Positions 62,424 through 64,000 of a stretch of DNA of 64,000 bases are shown here, in pieces (position 1 is the stretch's first letter; every line of letters starts with the position of its first letter). Position numbers and translations under genes: made by a program. This DNA is from Styela clava (Eukaryota), in NCBI RefSeq assembly GCF_964204865.1, contig NC_135263.1, positions 5,456,001 to 5,520,000 on the forward strand, given 5' to 3'. The notes under the pieces were generated by a model that was given only the letters and a program-made list of their open reading frames with translations, was not told the DNA's origin and searched no databases.

Positions 62424-63408
62424 TAGAGCTCGACCGATATCACTTTTTGACGCCGATACCGATATAACGGCCAACTGGTGGCCAATTACCGATATCGTAA
62501 TGCCGATATTAATATAAATCATATTTTGAGCCACGCTTTTATGATGCACCTTGTGAGTCTGTAGTTTCATTTTGATATTTATTATCATGGCAGTAAGACT
62601 TATTTAACTAACTTCAGTTAATGCTCGAACAAATGTTATTCTGTAACTTTTCCTGCTACTTCAATATCAGTCTAGCTATTTTCAGGAAAAAGAATTGTTA
62701 ATCAGACGTTTTTAAATATACCTATGGACATATGTTAAGGGTATTAGAAAATTATAAATTGATATATTTTAAAGTGAATCGTGATAATGATCCTCCGATA
62801 TTGTGATAGCATATGTGCAGTTACATGTTAAATTTTTAATAGCTTTGTTTCCAGAGATTCTCAATACCTTATTTAGTCATTAATAATGGATTAAGTTTTT
62901 ATTTTGTAATTTTCAGCAAAATGATAAACAACCATCAATATAGACAAAACTATTACCCCAGAAATTCAAAATTGAATTTGGGGAGGTCAAAAATTCGGAA
63001 CTGACATTATTGCTTTGAGCTACCTGTACTATGTTTCTATGATTACTAACTCACCAGCTTCCAATCGATTTTATTTATAGAACCATCGTTTAATGTTGTT
63101 ACTAAATTTGCCTTTTTCGCATTGTGTACTCTCTTAAAAAAGTCACCTTATAAAACGTCATTGTTACTCTAGATAATAACTTTTCAGTTATGACCATGCA
63201 TGAAATGGCTAATCATATAACACCGGGAATTAAGAGAGACACCGTTATAACGGCAAAATGAAAGCGAGAGAAATATACGAAGGGACGAGAGCCGTTGCAG
63301 CACGCAGCCAGGCGCTTGCCGAGTATGGTCGATATATATCGGCGATTTACGGCCGATATGATATATCGGCTTGATATATCAGTTGGCCGATATATCGATT
63401 GAGCTCTA
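62424..63408. mobile_element. Non-autonomous hAT-like element with TAG termini
   Basis: tagagctcgaccgatat / atatcgattgagctcta with arrays of ccgata/tatcgg sub-terminal repeats; no clear TSD. Confidence 0.7.
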
Positions 63409-63437
63409 AACATGATTGAACATAGAAACACGATTCA

Positions 63438-64000
63438 CTACTTTGTTGTTTCAAACACTTCTTTTTCAATTTCATCATTTTCAGCATAATCTGTTCTTTT
63501 ATTTTGACTTTCCCAAAGTTTTGAATAAAGAGAGTCAGAACTAGCAATAAGTTGTTCATGTGTACCACGTTGCACTACTTTCCCATTTTCTAGAACAATT
63601 ATCTCGTCACAATCCATCACTGTTGAAAGTCGATGTGCGATAAAAATAGAAGTCCTGTTGATTGTGACTCGCCTTAATGCTTTAAGTATGTTTTGCTCAG
63701 TTATGGAATCTAAGGAAGACGTTGCTTCGTCATACAAAATAATGCAAGGTTGTTTTAGCACCGCTCGAGCAATCGCAACTCTTTGCTTTTCCCCACCAGA
63801 TAACTTTAATCCTCGTTCTCCAACCGGGGTTTCATATTGCTTTGGCATTGCAAGAATAGAATCATGAATATCTGCCATTCGTGCTGCATCAAGTACTTGG
63901 TCTTTTTCTGCTGATAAATCACCATAAGCAATATTGTGATAAATTGTATCATGAAACAATACAGTTTCTTGCGGGACAATTCCAATCAACCGACGAAGGC
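63438..64000 (-). CDS. ABCB7: Mitochondrial ABC transporter, C-terminal nucleotide-binding domain (gene continues beyond the window)
   Basis: [46 protein letters not shown] and [13 protein letters not shown] match ABCB7/Atm1. Confidence 0.92.
   Translation of the reverse strand, partial: LRRLIGIVPQETVLFHDTIYHNIAYGDLSAEKDQVLDAARMADIHDSILAMPKQYETPVGERGLKLSGGEKQRVAIARAVLKQPCIILYDEATSSLDSITEQNILKALRRVTINRTSIFIAHRLSTVMDCDEIIVLENGKVVQRGTHEQLIASSDSLYSKLWESQNKRTDYAENDEIEKEVFETTK

Noticed and set aside
1-64000. CRISPR array or prokaryotic defence system
   Set aside because: Spliceosomal introns and metazoan genes throughout; the repeats are TIR/TSD elements, not regular repeat-spacer arrays

Overview
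This is AT-rich, intron-containing animal DNA, not prokaryotic. The compact gene packing, operon-like spacing and repeat content suggest an ascidian/tunicate (inference). Plus-strand genes: an unnamed twin-CX9C small protein (6018-6398), intronless PSMD5 and COQ7, a 20-exon TP53BP1 (10721-31238), intronless NOP10 and a ~20-exon TBL3 (34690-~59952). Minus-strand genes: the 3' end of ABCB7, intronless RNF181, and a 5-exon WAVE/SCAR-like gene nested antisense in a 13-kb TBL3 intron. Mobile DNA: a Sola1-type DNA transposon with both ends intact but a decayed transposase (3164-5577), many hAT-type and Merlin/MULE-type MITEs, HINE-like elements and a tRNA-derived SINE family. Main points of interest: (1) the nested WAVE-like protein has no canonical C-terminal VCA but has an internal acidic-Trp motif; (2) this 53BP1 has substitutions at the Tudor cage Trp and the BRCT phosphate-binding Lys while the UDR is well conserved; (3) poly(A) signals lie directly beside splice acceptors between genes, suggesting trans-spliced operons that include intronless genes; (4) an orphan CHCH-type protein. 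Gene models were built by eye from GT-AG sites, with reading-frame phase checked at all TP53BP1 and WAVE-like junctions and spot-checked for TBL3. Protein comparisons rely on recalled reference motifs; no database search was run.
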